A stretch of DNA of 64,000 nucleotides from Orbicella franksi (taxonomy: Eukaryota): the NCBI GenBank assembly GCA_964199315.1, contig OZ116709.1, positions 2,914,001 through 2,978,000 of the forward strand, in the 5' to 3' direction. Below the pieces are notes generated by a model. That model searched no databases. It worked only from the letters and a program-made list of their open reading frames with translations, and was not told the DNA's origin. Both the position numbers and the translations under genes were made by a program. Positions 47,826 through 59,061 of this stretch are shown here, piece after piece. Numbering within the stretch: position 1 is the stretch's first letter; every line of letters starts with the position of its first letter.

Positions 47826-50800
47826 CGTGAATCACGGTTAAGTGTTACGCTGCAGTGACTGAGCAAAACCGCGTGCGAATTAAGTGTGGCGAGTGAGCAA
47901 CAAGCTACCCGCAGTTTTGCTATATAAACTAACGGATGTCGTGACTTCCTCTCGATCGGAATTTGTTTTTCGTGATCTCGCTGTATCGTGTTACCAAATA
48001 ACACGATTCCGTCAGTCCAGAATGGAAAAGGCGCGGTTTTTACAGCATTGGTTTGAATAATTGTGCGCAATTTTAATATTAAGTAGCGAACAAAGCACTG
48101 ATGCGTGTTCAAAACTGCGCAAAAATTTTGGATTATGCAAAGTTTCTATTTGTATCTTGTCTATAGAATTCCAGGTTCGGAGACTTTCAAAGACCTTCCG
48201 ATAGTTTGTCCCAGTTAAGGACCATGTACTAAATTACGATATCGTGTGTTTAAAATAACAGCACTGCGGGACTTGGGGCGATTTTTCCCAGACTTGTAAA
48301 ATCAGTTTACACCCACAATTCTACGCCCTTAAATCTGCATCTAAATATCAACTCCTGTATTCTCATGTAAATTCTTTGTTTAAGTTGTTTCCAGCTAATA
48401 AGCACATCGGATGAAATCACCCATGAAGTGGTCGGCTGAAGAACAGAGAAGATCATCGAAAGAGGCTGTCAAAGTTTATTTATTTTCTAGCGAAAATAAT
48501 TGAATAGTTCGAGGTCTTCGTAGTTCGGTCCAAGGTCCTTTACCACGGATTATAGCAAAGCTATTAGAGATTCCATTGCATGCGAGAGTTGGAAGTACGC
48601 TTGACTGCAAAGTCGTTCGTAAATGAAATCGGGAAGTATAGTTTACCATAAATTCACTTTTCAGTGGCAAAGTTCAGTTTACGATAACGTTAAAAGGTGT
48701 CTTTACAATAGCGGTCAACTTTGTACCTTATTTATAACTATCAGCAGTGAAATGTGCCTTACATGAATTAACACAAAAATGTCTATTTGTGGACTCACTG
48801 CTAACGTAAATAAAAACTGGAATAGCAAGTCAGATTAAATGTTTGAACGATGAAGTTCTTTAAAACTACTGTTACTTGTTCTCAATAAACCAAGCAAACG
48901 ATGTACATAAAATCTTACCTAAAGGTATTCCAAAACGGTTAGCCGTCTTTCGCGCGACATAACGTCTCGACGACATGTTTAAATATTCTGACTAATCAAA
49001 GTTCACTTTTTCAAAGGGAGGAGTAAAAATTATGTATATTAATGTATGCCAGAAAAATCTGCCGCGCATCTGTTGTGCAATATACTTTTAAACCCTTTTG
49101 GCTTGGGCGGTTTGTTGCCCCATTTCAAACATTGTGATGATACTCTTGAGAATTCTCGCTTTCAAATTTTGAAATAGTCGCGTGTATATGAATGAATTAT
49201 TTTTAGATGGATAAAAGAACAATTCTCTAGAGAATATTATGTGGTTTGTAATGAGAAAACATTCCACCCAAGCTAAAAAGGTCTGTTCAGTTGATTTCGC
49301 GTCATAAAATTGAGTGTAAATTTGTCGTCTTTGCGACTTGTTTGGTCAGTTTTAAAGCAAACTTAAAAACATCCCAAGGCAAAAGCTTGATGGCAACTCC
49401 AATTTGTAAATTGAGTGGCCCTGGATGAATGCATACCTATGCGTAAATAAATGTATTAGACACCGAATGTAAGATAAAGGTGGTTTTGAAATTCGATTTT
49501 AACATATAACTAAAGGAAATTCAATTGATGATTGCGTTCATTAATTAACGTTAATGAAGTTTTAAACCATTAAGAACATTGCTTGGAGCACCGAATAACG
49601 TTTGGCCACATAACATTTATTTTTAATTACACGAGTCAAGCGGCTCTAACCTCAAAATCAATGGCTCGTCTATTGAAGTTAGGGTGGTGGCTGGTGATCA
49701 GTTAAATTTTGATCTCGCGAAGCAGTAGAGGTTGTTCAAAGAACACTGTGAAGTAACGTTCTGAAATTTGCGATTTGCGATCCTACGTTTTGTCCAGTCT
49801 CTTATTTGATACAACAGAGAATAACATCCCGGGAATCTGTGATTTAGTATTCCTGTCTGCGTTAACTTAAGTATGTTAGACTTGCAAGTTGAAGCTCGCA
49901 TACCTGTGTACAGCTACCTGGTTGAAACTCGTTGTAAAGGGAAGGTGAAGGTGTACTGATGACTTTGCTCAACTGAACGAAAACTCTGACTGAAATGATT
50001 TGTACTAAATCAAGACCAGTCAGAAACATTTCTCGCCAAGCTTGAACGACAAAATAGCTCAGCCTCGCCTAATTTATTTTGACTACATGGAGTTATTAAT
50101 TTGCAATAAATGAGTGGTATATTATAGAGGGAGACTAAAGACCTTGTATGATTGTCTGCACCAGGCCTTAGATGCGACAGCTGCGCCCGCAGTACGAGCG
50201 GCTCTCCAGCCGAAACGCAACGATGAAAGTCTTTCCTTCGTGACTAACAAAAGTAAAGACAATGCTTAAGTTGTCAATTCGGTCTCCAGCGAGAAAAGTG
50301 GCCTGACTTCAATGCCTTTACTGTTAACATACATGTCAGGTCATTTTCCTCTCCTGCTAAATACTGATTGGTTAATTCAAATTTCAGAGGCACCGGTCAC
50401 ATGCAAGGCTAGGCATTTTGGAGTGAAAGACCTACACATAAGGTCAATAAAAGGGGAAATGTAAGTTCAAGGGGTTCAGCTTTGTACTGAAGCGATAAAA
50501 CTTACCAGATATTGCAACAAGTTCATTCTACTTCAATTCATGGACTGGGATGAAAAAGAGAGAAAGAACTGAGAGAACTTCCCAGAGATCCACTGCGTTT
50601 TGTCGATGAAAAGCGGGAAACAGGGAGCGCGATGCTTGATGGTTAGAAAGCAATGGATGCAAGCTGCAATGCCACGTTTACCAGTACGTTCTAACCAAAG
50701 AAGGAAGCCTGGGAACGAGGCAGAGAGAGGTGTCATACAAAGCTGTTGTTGTTTTTGTTTCTGTTTTGTTTTTCTACAGCTGAAGTTTCATTGGATTACT

Positions 50801-50919
50801 TAAGCTTATTCAAAAAATAAAGACAAACAATGATTGAATGGCTGCATGTATTCACATAACAAAACAATTAAAATGCACAGTATGAAAAAGTCATTTGTAT
50901 GCGTGAAGACGTCGTCTTC

Positions 50920-51110
50920 GTCGCCGTCTTCTTCAGGATCCAGTGTGCCCGATGGCACATGGGGCTTCCCTAAGGGTTCTCCACTGATGCAGGTTTTCTG
51001 CATACCGTCTTGCTCTTTCGTCCGTTCCACGTTCCAGCAGTTCTTGTTCCATTGCTCTTTGTCAGGTCATCTTGGGTTCGCCTCGACTACGTTTCCCTCA
51101 GAGCAAGCCT
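50920..51110 (-). mobile_element. Degenerate 3' end of an RTE-clade LINE
   Basis: Minus-strand translation GKRSRGEPKMT*QRAMEQELLERG..RYAENLHQWRTLREAPCAIGH resembles the RTE ORF C-terminus (GKRxRGRPKxTW...DRxxWRxLVxALCxxG). In-frame stop present. Confidence 0.55.
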
Positions 51111-52132
51111 ATATGCCATTGTTAAGTTTGATAACCTAGCAAACACGCCTTAATGTAAAATTATTTATGCATAAGAAGTATTTTGAAGAGATATTACTAA
51201 TTAAAATTCATCTAGCGCAAATGTCCGTATGATATGCTAAAATGCTATAAAAGACTTGCCATGGAGTTAAATATAAATTGAACATGCTCTATATCCGAGC
51301 GCTAAGGAAATAAAAGTACAAATTAATGGTGAAACTGAAAATTGAAAATTGGAAATATTCTTTTTTTTTCAGTGAAAAACCTGATGAGGTTCGTGTTAGT
51401 TTGTGAATATTTTGAATACAAAATGTCCAAATCCTCTCTTTGCCACGATCACATTTTATTCCAGCCATCGGGCTATTGTTTGCTTTTTGTCTTTCTATTA
51501 ATACCAAGATTGTCTCGTGCTATTTAAATTGACTTTCCTACCAATGCTAGACTGACACGTGAGTGTTTAAGGGATTAAGTCACAATTCCCAAGGTACACA
51601 CTTCCATCCATTGTGGTTAGAACACAATCGACCTTCACGCATAATTCTGAAAGGGGGGTCTAACGCCCAAAGTCGAAAATTTTGAGACAAACACTAAACT
51701 CTTGAAATTTAGGCCAACATATCAATCACAAGTAAGTCGACGTGATTATTGAAACCGCTGAGAGACTAACAGTTGTTTACTTAAATACTTTGGATATGTA
51801 GTTCATGTGCACAGTTTAAAATTGTTAATTACTCAATTTGTGTTATTTTATTTAGTTTCAGACATTTTTAGGGTGTGCTGTCGTCGTTGCATTGTATACG
51901 CGACGAACAGAAAAAAAACTGCAAAAAGAAACACCAGATCTATCTGAACGACGAAGCAATTTACCTAAACTTGTTCAAGCCTGACAAGTTGTTATAAAAC
52001 AACGCCAACGTAATTAAGGAGGGCCAAAGAGTAAAACTAAACACAGAAGGCATTTATTTACCAGTTGAGGTCCGCACTCTGTCGTGCGCAAAATTAACCA
52101 CAAAGGCAACAACAAGTCAAGACAACTACAAC

Positions 52133-53008
52133 ATGTCGTACCTAGACAGATTTGAAAGTCAAAGAAGACGCAATTTGCCAAATACCATGACGTCCACCAC
52201 AACTAAAACAACTTCTATTCGAAGTCAGCGAACCGAACACCGAGAGGTTAGAATGGAAATGGAAGGTTCGAGTCATGGGTCACATGACATGCAAGCGTTT
52301 TCCCGACAAGATCATGCCTCCATGACGGAACCAAGGCAGTGGTATAGCGGTGACAACCACAGCATCAACTACAGCTCGTTTGACCAGCCATCACTCGTAC
52401 GCGAGATGATTGGAGGGGGCAAAGCGATGACTGAGGGCTGGAGGGCAGTGGGACACCCTACGATGTTTGCTGATCGCGACGACGAATCCTCGGTGATAGT
52501 TGTTCAGAAAGAGAAACCTGCATTTGTGACGCCAGAGTGGATGGAAGAGCGGCCATCGCCCGAAACAAAGCGTCGAAACCCAGACGTCTTGGACATCAAC
52601 ATTCTGTTGAAATATCCCAGTGGTTACGTTCCTAAGAGTAATGCACCAGACCCGAGGAGAGTGCAATACGAGAGCACGATTCGCCCCGAAGTCGCCAAAC
52701 GAGACAACTCGGCCCCTGTGCTACGTGATGAGGATTTTGACGACGACGACGACGACGAATTCGAAGAAGTGATTGTTGTCGTGGATGTCCAAAGAAAACC
52801 TCTTTGGAGAAAGGGTCTGGCGAAACCCAAACCAGAGCGACCAAAATTTGGTGTACCCATCCACAATCTCCTCCAGCTGCCAACACGAAGAGTGAAGCGA
52901 CAACCAGCCCCTGATAATCTTTTTACTGATGAGAAAGTAGAGTCTGTGCAACGCCCTCCCATGAATTATGAAGCAATGGACTTGGAGGGTATCTTGGGAA
53001 ACCTGTGA
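52133..53008 (+). CDS. Uncharacterised protein (family member B), intronless CDS, 291 aa, one 75-aa module
   Basis: Open ORF MSYLDRF...GILGNL*, colinear with C and A over the module, acidic linker and C-terminal domain. Confidence 0.88.
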   Translation: MSYLDRFESQRRRNLPNTMTSTTTKTTSIRSQRTEHREVRMEMEGSSHGSHDMQAFSRQDHASMTEPRQWYSGDNHSINYSSFDQPSLVREMIGGGKAMTEGWRAVGHPTMFADRDDESSVIVVQKEKPAFVTPEWMEERPSPETKRRNPDVLDINILLKYPSGYVPKSNAPDPRRVQYESTIRPEVAKRDNSAPVLRDEDFDDDDDDEFEEVIVVVDVQRKPLWRKGLAKPKPERPKFGVPIHNLLQLPTRRVKRQPAPDNLFTDEKVESVQRPPMNYEAMDLEGILGNL

Positions 53009-54820
53009 TTTGAAAGATAGGATTGGAAACAAGTAGTGTTATTTTTAATTTCGAAGTTAAGTGCACGAGAATGGCGTTTTCACCGTGGAATTATATCTGC
53101 GTGACTTAATGACTTAATGTGACAGCTTTTGTGACTGAATGTAGCCTTTTCATTGGAGTTATCAAACACGTACATGCTGTTAGATTTTTAAAATTTTTTG
53201 TTTTGTCAAACAAAACTTCTGAAAAGTGTTTACACACCCGTATTGCTATAATTGTTTATCGTTTCATCGCTGCGATGTTTTAATCGGATAAGTTGTTGGC
53301 TTGTAGGCAATTATGCAAACCAAGACACATTTGTGGATATATCAATGCAACATCACGAACTCTTGTTTTTTTTTACTTTTTCCATTTTTTTACACCCTTA
53401 GGTACAATCGTTATCCTCCTTGAAAACGTTCCCACGAGAAAAGGAGAAAAATAATTACACCTGCACAGAGTGAGAAGATTTCAATGCATTTACGTTTTGC
53501 TAGCTTTCGCTCCTAAAAATCATGATTTTTAAAGGTGCTAGGTAATCTACAGTGCAGCATGTATTTTACTGGCCTGTTCATTGTCGAATTTTCAACCCTG
53601 ATAAAACACTGAGCCATTTGCAATGAAATGAAGCCTGATCTAATTTGCGTGCTGTTTCCGCAATACAAATAGTGTGAAATAAATTTTAATTTACTTTAAA
53701 TTATGATGTAGATTTAAATTTTGACCTTACTGCTTGCCATTCCTTTAATGCCCAGTTCAGAAAATTGGGTTGAACAAGCAAGTCAGTATTCTAAAAATCG
53801 TTTAAAGCCCGCACTCTCTGATGATGTTCACACCCTACTGTCAAAAGGGAAATCTTTGTTTACAAAATTTGGGTCATTAGCATAAGCGACTCAGTTTTTA
53901 ATTGAGCTAAAACAAAAAGATCGGTTCTGAACATTGACAAGTCATAACACGATTAGCTGTCCCAATGAATTTGAGCCCGATCTGGCGATTTATTGAATAC
54001 TTTTTGTACAACGCGGGTTTAAAAACACACATTTTATAAAGAACGTTTGAGCTCGTTGGCGTCGTTGCCACCCAGAAATTTTGTAGTTTTTGAAGGCTAA
54101 TTTCTCCTTGAATAGTACTTCCAAAGAGTCAACCATTTCACCATAGACTAAGTTTGACAAGTTCTTTAAACGTTTGGAGTATCTAGCATGGTGTCTTTGT
54201 TTGTAAATGAAGAAAATGTGAACAATGACTTTAGCAGCGATAGCTCTATTTTGACCGAAGATCGAGAGCCCGATTGAGCGAACAGTCTAGCCCCAGTGAG
54301 AATTCCCTAGACCTTGTGGTCTCTTACTACACCAGTTGATGATTTTCTATATTCTCTACACCTGTGTGCTTGGCGGTGTTATGATGTTGTAAAGGGAAAT
54401 AATTTGTTGATCACCGTTAGGAATTGAAGATGAAGGTGGCTCTTAGTGCTCATCATGTAGACTTGGAGCAATTTTAAGGGAATTTATTTAGTGAGCCCTG
54501 ATCTGAACAAGTCCATATTTGTAAAAGTTAAAAAATATTATTCACAGTAAAACATTCTGCAGGTTTGTATTTGAAGAGCGCACAAAATGAGGGGATGTTA
54601 ATTTAAAATGTTTCAGGAAAACGACCCTTGTTGTCAGATTTTTGCAAGCTATACACAGTGGAAAACTTAAAGTAATTCTCTCAATATAGGGCTTAAACAT
54701 GATGATTGAATGGACTTTCAAAGAGCCTTGCACCTTTTGACATATCTTAAAATGCATGCAATTTTGCCACCTTTTTACAGACCATGTCATCTTTAATGCT
54801 ATTTTAAAGTCAAATCTTAA

Positions 54821-55068
54821 TTTCATCGAAAAAGCGAAATTGATTCTAGTTTGTGCAGTATGTTGTATACAAAATGCCGGAACCGATCTTTCCCAGGGCA
54901 ACATATTTTACTCTTTTGAAATTCAATCTTTGCTTTTCGTAATTCTTTGCTTTTCATCGAAAAAACGAAATTGATTCTAGTTTGTACAGTATGTTGCATA
55001 CAAAATGCTGGAACCGATCTTTCCCAGGGCAACACATTTTACTCTTTTGAAAGTCATTCTTTGCTTTT
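54821..55068 (+). repeat. Tandem duplication, ~117-bp unit, 131-bp period
   Basis: TTTCATCGAAAAA..TTGATTCTAGTTTG..GGAACCGATCTTTCCCAGGGCAAC..CTTTGCTTTT occurs at 54821 and 54952 with few substitutions. Confidence 0.9.
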
Positions 55069-55626
55069 AGTCCGCGCTTTAGTACAATTTTTTAAAATTG
55101 TCTTTCCTACCAATAATAAATTATCAGCTCAAGGGATTAACTCACAAATCCCTAGGCGCATTTTAAAACGCCATAGCTTCCATGTGCGCTATCCGGCATG
55201 CATACTTTTTGAGCTGAGTGTAACGCCTCATCAAGACAGAGCTATTGAAACACCGAGCTGACCAAAGCAAAGACATCGATCAATAGTAAGTTGCCACTGT
55301 TAAAAACAAACAGTTCGGATTTTCCTTGGCAGTTTTATCCATAACTCACAGTGGTTAATTATATTCCATTTGAGTTATTTCGTCTAATCGCAGGAGTTTT
55401 TTGCGTGCCCTCAACTTGTTGCATTGTACAAACGTGAAGCTGAACTAAAGTGGTCAAAGTAGCCGGATGAGTAACTCCAGATCTGTGAACGGGCAGGAAA
55501 CATAACTACACAACACAGCGAACGTAAACAAGGGAACAAAACAGTAAAACCAAACACAGAAGAGTCTTGCACGCAAACAATCACGAGGACAACAACAGAC
55601 TAAAGAAAACTACAGCAAGGTTTAAT

Positions 55627-56943
55627 ATGGCGTACCTGAAACGATATAAAAACGAGAGAACCCAAATAGAGATAAATATCATAAAAGAAGCCTCAACTAA
55701 AACAACTTCTGTTCGAAAGAAGAGCGAGGCTAAGATGGAACTGAAAGGACCACCTTTTGGATTATACGAGATCACAATGTTTTGTCCGCAAGATCATGCC
55801 AGTTCCATGATGGAATCTAGGCAATGGCACAGTGGTACCCACGATGGTATCAACTACAGCTCATTCAACCACCAAACAGTGTTTAGTAAAACGATCAGAG
55901 GCGGCAACGGACATCGCGGCGGGGAATCCTCGGTGGTAGTTGTCAAGAAAGAGAAACCTCCATTTGTGACACCAGACTGGATGGAGGAACGGCCATCGCC
56001 AGAAACGACGCGTCGAAATCCTGAAGTCTTGGACATCAACATTCTGTTGAAATATCCCAGTGGTAACGTTCCTAAGAGGAATGCACCAGATCTGAGAAGA
56101 GTGCAATATGAGAGCACGATTCGTCCAGAAGTCGCCAAGCGAGACAGCGCTGTTCCTGTATTACCTGTTAAGAAAGAGAAACCTGAATTTGTGACCCCAG
56201 AGTGGATGGAAGAGCGGCCATCGCCAGAAACAAAACGTCGAAATCCTGAGGATTTGGACATCAACATTCTTTTGAAATACCCCAACAGTTATGTCCCTAA
56301 AAGGAATGCGCCAGACCCAGTGAAAGTGCAATACGACAGTACGATTCATCCAGAAGTCGCCAAACGAGACAACTCGATTCCTGTGCTAGCTGTCCAGAGA
56401 GAAAAACGTGCATTTGTAACACCAGAGTGGATGGAAGAGCGGTCATCGCCCGAAACAAGGCGTCGGAACCCAGACGTCTTAGACATCAATAGTGTGTTGA
56501 AATATCCTAACTGTTATGTCCCTAAACTGGTTTCACCAGACCCGAGGAAGGTGCAATACGAGAGCACGATTCGCCCAGAAATCGCCAAACGAGACAACTC
56601 GGTTCCTTTGCTACAGGATTTTGAAGATGATGATGAAGATGATGAGGAAGAGGAATATGATGAATTCGAGGAAGTGATTGTCATCGTGGACGTCCGAAGA
56701 AAACCTGTCTGGCATAGAGGACTTGAATTACCTAAAGCAGAGCAACAGAAAGTTGGTGTACCCATCCAAGATCTCCTCCAGCTGCCAACACGAAGAGTGA
56801 AGCGAGAATCAGCACAGGACAAGCTTTCCATTGATAATAATAGTAATGATATCACTATTATTGATGAGAAAATCGAGTCCGTGCAACGCCCCGCTGTGGT
56901 TCAAGAAGCACAGGCCTTGGTGAGTATCTTCCAAGGCCTTTGA
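55627..56943 (+). CDS. Uncharacterised protein (family member C), intronless CDS, 438 aa, three tandem 75-aa modules
   Basis: The ATG at 55627 (MAYLKRY) aligns with B (MSYLDRF). The supplied ORF starts at an upstream TTG that is probably not used. Confidence 0.88.
   Translation: MAYLKRYKNERTQIEINIIKEASTKTTSVRKKSEAKMELKGPPFGLYEITMFCPQDHASSMMESRQWHSGTHDGINYSSFNHQTVFSKTIRGGNGHRGGESSVVVVKKEKPPFVTPDWMEERPSPETTRRNPEVLDINILLKYPSGNVPKRNAPDLRRVQYESTIRPEVAKRDSAVPVLPVKKEKPEFVTPEWMEERPSPETKRRNPEDLDINILLKYPNSYVPKRNAPDPVKVQYDSTIHPEVAKRDNSIPVLAVQREKRAFVTPEWMEERSSPETRRRNPDVLDINSVLKYPNCYVPKLVSPDPRKVQYESTIRPEIAKRDNSVPLLQDFEDDDEDDEEEEYDEFEEVIVIVDVRRKPVWHRGLELPKAEQQKVGVPIQDLLQLPTRRVKRESAQDKLSIDNNSNDITIIDEKIESVQRPAVVQEAQALVSIFQGL
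55945..56619 (+). repeat. In-frame coding tandem repeat, 3 x 225 bp (75 aa)
   Basis: Units start at 55945, 56170 and 56395: KKEKPxFVTPEWMEERPSPETxRRNPxxLDINILLKYPxxxVPKxxAPDPxxVQYESTIRPEVAKRDxxxPVL. Confidence 0.95.
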
Positions 56944-57593
56944 TTTATTAACGTGCGAGGAGGCTTACGTGGGCCACACGCGAAAGTTGTACGATACCCG
57001 AATGGTCCAAAAGTGAGCGCCCCCGCAGGCTGGTTATTTGTATACAAGTATTGTTTGTAATTCCTACAATGCACGAGAGTGAGAATAATAATTATTTATA
57101 AGGAAATTTGCATAACGAAACAGCCTCTATGAAGATGTAGCCAGCCTTTTCACAAAAGGAGACGGAATCGTATCACGGAGGACGATTTTTTGGCTACACG
57201 CAGGCACGTGTAACTTACAAAATTGTTTAATTAAAGCCATTAAGTGTTAAATCCGACATCAAGCATTTGCGTGCATTAGTCTCTCTATATAAACCAAAGC
57301 ATATAACTGTGTACATTGATGGAACATCATAAATTTGAACTCTTCTCCATTTCAAATTGAATCATCATTTTTCGTTGACAGGTTCCAGCCAAAACAGGAC
57401 AAAAAACCGTACCATACACCATATAGTTATGTAGATTTATGTGTATTCACTTTCATTAGCCTTTGGAGCAATAAATTGTCACTCAACAATCTTCAATGCA
57501 ACTTGTATTTAACTCACCTTGTCAAATATTCAAGCCTGATTAAACACTGCACACATACTCCAGATTTACTTCAGTAACAGCTTATGATGGAAA

Positions 57594-57830
57594 TTGAACT
57601 TATCTCCGTTCAGTGCTTTCAAAATGCTTGAAAGTCACTTTCAGAGAATGGTGCAATTTCCCTGGACCCAATTAAAACCAACTGTGACTGCCTGTCAAGC
57701 CTGGAACAGCTTACCGCTATCAATGCGGAAAATAGCATGGCTTAATTCTTTTAGGAACTCTCTTTGGAAAAAAATTTTTGAATATCTTGTCCACCACTCA
57801 AGGTTACTGATTCTGATAAAGAATTCCTGA
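57594..57830 (+). mobile_element. Degenerate 3' end of an L2/CR1-group LINE
   Basis: Translation AWNSLPLSMRKIAWLNSFRNSL matches the WNxLPxxxR...SFKxxL motif ending L2/CR1 ORF2. Upstream sequence is decayed. Confidence 0.6.
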
Positions 57831-58092
57831 AGGATCACAATCATAATCAACATTATCATTTCTTTTAGATGCAAAGTGGTGCATACATGTAGGGCAAAAC
57901 ATTGCAACTAGTCCAACTGTTCTCAAAATATTTTATCGCTACCCTGTTCTTGTATCAATAGGGTTCTTCGGAGAAAACCAGTTGCAAAAGAGGGGAGTGG
58001 GGCTTTTGCCAACAGGGACCAAAAATTTCCCCTCCTCCTCTCTTTGGTTCTGCTAGAGAACACAATAAATTATATCCTACAAAATAAAAATA

Positions 58093-58734
58093 CTACGACT
58101 GTGACCAAGGCTTGTCATTAAGGCGCTGTTTCTCGAAAGCAGCCATTGCCCGCTTCGGTGGAACGAGAGAGTCAGTCACCCCTGGCTTTCGTTTCTTCTT
58201 TTTCTGCTCCCAGACCTCCTCTTCTTCATCTGGTTCGTACCTTGTCCCGGAATTAGAAACACTTGGCACTAAGCTAGGCTCTCTCGGCTTTTCAGGTTCA
58301 GAACTCGGAGTCCCTGTAACCACCAGATCATGTGAAAACTTACATCTATCACCCAGCCTGCATCGTCCTTTTTGAAACTTGAAACAAGTCTTTTTAGACT
58401 TGTGTTTGTCTTCCTCCGACTTGCCCTCTGAAAGTTGCACGTGTTTCTCGAGAACAGATAACTTCTTCTGCTCTTCAGCAAGAAATGGGTTAAAGAAGAC
58501 CGAAGATGTCTGGTATGTCCGTTGGTTCAGTTCCTTCGTGTTGGAAACAGAATCTGTCTTGAGGTCCAATGTTGGTAATGGGAGAGGCATCTGAGATTCC
58601 ATCGGATCATTGCCAGTATTTTTATTGCCACCAGAATTTGTGGAACATCCTTCTACTCTAGTTTCTTCGTCATCAGATTCAGAAGAACTGCTAGAATCAC
58701 TTCCATAATCGGGAACAAGACCAAGAAGTGACAT
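58093..58734 (-). CDS. Intronless uncharacterised CCCH (C-x7-C-x5-C-x3-H) zinc-finger protein, about 213 aa
   Basis: MSLLGLVPDYGSDSSSSSESDDE start, SVFFNPF..EEQKKLSVLEKHV, CFKFQKGRCRLGDRCKFSH, basic KKKKRKPGVTDSLVPPKRA tail. Resembles a conserved metazoan small nuclear CCCH protein (from memory, no symbol assigned). Confidence 0.85.
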   Translation of the reverse strand: MSLLGLVPDYGSDSSSSSESDDEETRVEGCSTNSGGNKNTGNDPMESQMPLPLPTLDLKTDSVSNTKELNQRTYQTSSVFFNPFLAEEQKKLSVLEKHVQLSEGKSEEDKHKSKKTCFKFQKGRCRLGDRCKFSHDLVVTGTPSSEPEKPREPSLVPSVSNSGTRYEPDEEEEVWEQKKKKRKPGVTDSLVPPKRAMAAFEKQRLNDKPWSQS

Positions 58735-58762
58735 GCTACTTGCGAGTTGATTTTTCCGCCAT

Positions 58763-59061
58763 GTTGGATTGTTGGGTTGAGGAACGACGAATCCATTCCG
58801 CTGTCGGGTAGTCTCAGGAAAAATTTTATATCGGGATAGCTGGCCTAAAGGATGGGAGAGTTGAGGAAATTTTTCTGTGTATTTAATCACATAGATAAAA
58901 ACGTTTTCGATAATAAATAATTGTATCTAAAATGTTTCAGGTTGTACCTGGACCCAAATATTCTATTTAATCAAAATATTAATTCCCATACCCACTCTGG
59001 TGAGGGTTTTATTTAGACTCGATCCAGGCTTTCAGGTTCGCACGTGCCCGATGTTTTCAAT
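58763..59061. promoter_or_regulatory. Bidirectional promoter between the CCCH gene and SETD6
   Basis: Divergent starts about 300 bp apart, both in an ATGGCGG context. CACGTG at 59041. Confidence 0.6.

Noticed and set aside
55567-55626. 20-aa N-terminal extension of gene C in the ORF track
   Set aside because: It starts at TTG. The paralogue B start aligns with the ATG at 55627.
55945-56619. Regularly spaced repeats as a CRISPR-like array
   Set aside because: They are contiguous 225-bp in-frame coding repeats without unique spacers, in a eukaryotic gene.
57013-57032. CTCF-like motif AGCGCCCCCGCAGGCTGG after gene C
   Set aside because: Partial match only, and canonical CTCF is considered bilaterian-restricted.
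58735-58890. 52-aa N-terminal extension of the CCCH ORF
   Set aside because: It uses a non-ATG start inside the bidirectional promoter, with no recognisable features.
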